A stretch of 64,000 bases of DNA, from assembly GCA_041665545.1 (NCBI GenBank), contig JBAYIQ010000001.1, forward strand, positions 137,911 to 201,910, written 5' to 3'. The position numbers and the translations under genes are program-made. Positions 62,251 to 64,000 of this stretch are shown piece by piece (the stretch's first letter is position 1; each line of letters begins with the position of its first letter). The notes below the pieces were generated by a model. It made no database searches, was not told the DNA's origin, and saw nothing but the letters and a program-made list of their open reading frames with translations. The stretch comes from Patescibacteria group bacterium (GTDB lineage: Bacteria; Patescibacteriota; Patescibacteriia; UBA1558; GWA2-36-10).

Positions 62251-63222
62251 TTAAAAGGCGATTTTTTGAGCGACGCGGAGTTGTGCGCTACGACAACGCG
62301 GATTAGCTTTTATTTCCTGTTCGCTTGGCTTGATCGGCTTCTTGGTCAAAACTTTCAAGCTAGCCTGGCTGTCACAGGTGCAGATAGGTGAGTCGGGCGG
62401 GCACTGGCAGAGCCCAGTTTGCTCCTTAAAAAAATTCTTTACTATTCTGTCTTCTAGCGAATGGAAACTGACCACTGCCAGGTGCCCGCCCGGGGCCAAG
62501 ATATCAACTGCCTGTGGCAAAGCTAATTGTAAATTTGCTAATTCCTGATTTACCTCTAGGCGCAAAGCTTGAAATACTAAGGTCGCTGGATGGCGTCTAA
62601 ATTTTGGCAAATCTGTTTCTTTTATATTCAATATTCGGAGTATGACGGAGACAAGCATGGAAGTTTTTACAAATTTTTGTTTTTGTTTATTGAGTTGTCG
62701 CCAGGCAACTAGCCCAGTGGCAATCTTTTTGGACTTCACTTCTTCGCCATACTCCCGCAATATTTTTTCAATTTGTTTTTCTGGATAGTTCAAAACAACG
62801 TCCGAAGCAGTCAATTTTTGGTTTTGAGTATCAAAACGCATGTCTAGATCCGCGCTGTCTTTGAAAGAAAATCCTCGTCCAGCTTGATCCAGCTGATCAG
62901 AAGACAGCCCTAAGTCAAATACTATCCCAGAAATTTTATCTAATTTATCGCGGTTTTTTTCAACCGCTGACTTTAAATGTACAAAATTATCATGAACTAT
63001 TATTAAACGATTTTTATACTTTTTTAACTTTTGCACGCTGTGCAGTATGGCTCGCTCATCAAGCTCTAGAGCCAAAACCTTGCCGTGCGGACCATTTTTT
63101 TGCAATATTGCTTCACTGTATCCTCCGCCTCCCAAAGTACAATCAATGTAATTCTGATTCTTCTGTGGCGCCAATTGCTGAATCACCTCTTGGAGCAAAA
63201 CACTGCGGTGCTGATAATCCAT
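62251..63222 (-). CDS. rsmH: 16S rRNA (cytosine1402-N4)-methyltransferase
   Basis: HRSVLLQEV, DCTLGGGGYS, DLGLSSDQLD, SFHSLEDRIVK. Confidence 0.9.
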   Translation of the reverse strand: MDYQHRSVLLQEVIQQLAPQKNQNYIDCTLGGGGYSEAILQKNGPHGKVLALELDERAILHSVQKLKKYKNRLIIVHDNFVHLKSAVEKNRDKLDKISGIVFDLGLSSDQLDQAGRGFSFKDSADLDMRFDTQNQKLTASDVVLNYPEKQIEKILREYGEEVKSKKIATGLVAWRQLNKQKQKFVKTSMLVSVILRILNIKETDLPKFRRHPATLVFQALRLEVNQELANLQLALPQAVDILAPGGHLAVVSFHSLEDRIVKNFFKEQTGLCQCPPDSPICTCDSQASLKVLTKKPIKPSEQEIKANPRCRSAQLRVAQKIAF

Positions 63223-63223
63223 A

Positions 63224-63664
63224 CTAAATGCCTAGGTCAACAAGCCCTTCGGAAATCTGATTGCTATCTTTTTCAGAAACACGTTGATATTTGGACCAAG
63301 CTTTTTCATCCCAAACTTCCAGTCTGTTGTATAAGCCAGCCAAAACGACCTGCTTGTTGAGATCGGCAAATTGCTTCAAATAATCGGGCAAAATAATACG
63401 GCCTTGTTTGTCCAAGACCACATCCATGGCTCCAGCCAACATCATTCTAGAAAAAGCTCTAGACTTGGCTTGAGAAATTGGCAAATTACTTAGCTTGTCC
63501 ACTAATTTTTGCCATTCTTTAGCAGTATAGATGAAAAGACAATTGTCCAAGCCCTTGGTAATGACAGCGCCATCCGGAAAAAGATTCCTAAATTTGCTAG
63601 GAATTGCCAAGCGGTTTTTGTCATCTAAATTATATTTGTACTCGCCAATAAACATAGAGCCCAA
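63224..63664 (-). CDS. mraZ: transcriptional regulator MraZ
   Basis: Two SpoVT/AbrB-like halves (DDKNRLAIPSKFR, DKQGRIILPDYLK). Confidence 0.85.
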   Translation of the reverse strand: MGSMFIGEYKYNLDDKNRLAIPSKFRNLFPDGAVITKGLDNCLFIYTAKEWQKLVDKLSNLPISQAKSRAFSRMMLAGAMDVVLDKQGRIILPDYLKQFADLNKQVVLAGLYNRLEVWDEKAWSKYQRVSEKDSNQISEGLVDLGI

Positions 63665-63666
63665 TG

Positions 63667-63835
63667 TTATCCACAGCTTTAATAATTAATCCCCCACTTT
63701 TCACCACTTTTTTCTATATTATTTACATTATACCCCACCGAAGCATTTTAAGCAATAAAAAAAGACCTTATTTATCCACAGATCAAGGTCTTATTACAAC
63801 ATAAATTATTAAAATGCGTATAGAACTTATCCACA
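63667..63835 (+). promoter_or_regulatory. three perfect DnaA boxes TTATCCACA (63667-63675, 63772-63780, 63827-63835), same orientation
   Basis: Exact 9-mers read in sequence, in the AT-rich region upstream of mraZ. Confidence 0.6.
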
Positions 63836-64000
63836 CCCACACAGTTCGCCATACTTCTTGGGTAATAAATTGTTGCGTAAAATCGAATTTTCTAGAGATT
63901 TTTTTTAGAAAAAAAAGACCCTATTCTAACCCGGGTCTTGTGAGGGGTTTTACTGGCCTTAAGCCAGCAGCACAGGAAGGAGAATGATCACAAACTCCGT

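Noticed and set aside
1-64000. CRISPR arrays, rRNA genes, transposases/integrases, prophage blocks, alternative genetic code (UGA=Gly as in Gracilibacteria/SR1)
   Set aside because: No spaced direct-repeat array and no rRNA-like sequence were seen. No recombinase motifs were seen in any ORF. Long ORFs are uninterrupted under the standard code and TGA terminates corA and the DHH gene.
63961-64000. Possible start of a plus-strand gene (GGAAGGAGAATGATCAC...) at the window edge
   Set aside because: Only 17 nt of ORF are visible and the SD-to-ATG spacing is too short, so it cannot be supported. It is noted only as a possible beginning of another GC-rich island.

Overview
Low-GC, gene-dense bacterial chromosome segment. 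By inference it looks like a CPR/Patescibacteria-type genome: small housekeeping genes, many large hypothetical surface proteins, and an [FeFe]-hydrogenase. The genetic code is standard: TGA ends corA and the DHH gene, and the long ORFs are intact. Recognisable content includes lexA, rpmA, ftsEX, rlpA-like, ftsB, corA, dus, mutM, fba, tpiA, a DD-carboxypeptidase, rluB, scpAB, aspS, asnS, RNase P RNA and an MFS transporter. It also includes a HydA/NuoF-like hydrogenase pair, a csoR-copA-permease-copZ copper cluster, a second P-type ATPase, argS, an ornithine-decarboxylase-family gene, dnaB, ybaB, recR, rplU, the mraZ-rsmH-ftsL-ftsI-murF dcw block, and six tRNAs (Thr-GGT, Tyr-GTA, Thr-CGT, Lys-TTT, Val-CAC, Glu-CTC). 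The unusual layer is a set of sharply bounded G+C-rich islands in this A+T-rich background. (1) Six single-gene cassettes each carry their own consensus promoter, strong AGGAGG RBS and terminator, whereas host genes show no Shine-Dalgarno. Their products are an SPFH-like membrane protein, a DHH/DHHA1 phosphoesterase and four unknowns. (2) Two large structured RNAs of unknown class (about 280 and 375 nt) have their own promoters and terminators. (3) A family of structured elements of about 125 nt is fused directly to the CCA end of tRNAs. (4) Truncated tRNA copies carry GC-rich hairpins inserted in their D, anticodon or T loops; one is associated with a GIY-YIG gene. (5) A cloverleaf-shaped 170-nt element is also present. 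No CRISPR array, rRNA, transposase or integrase was seen. All function calls rest on motifs read by eye; no database search was possible.
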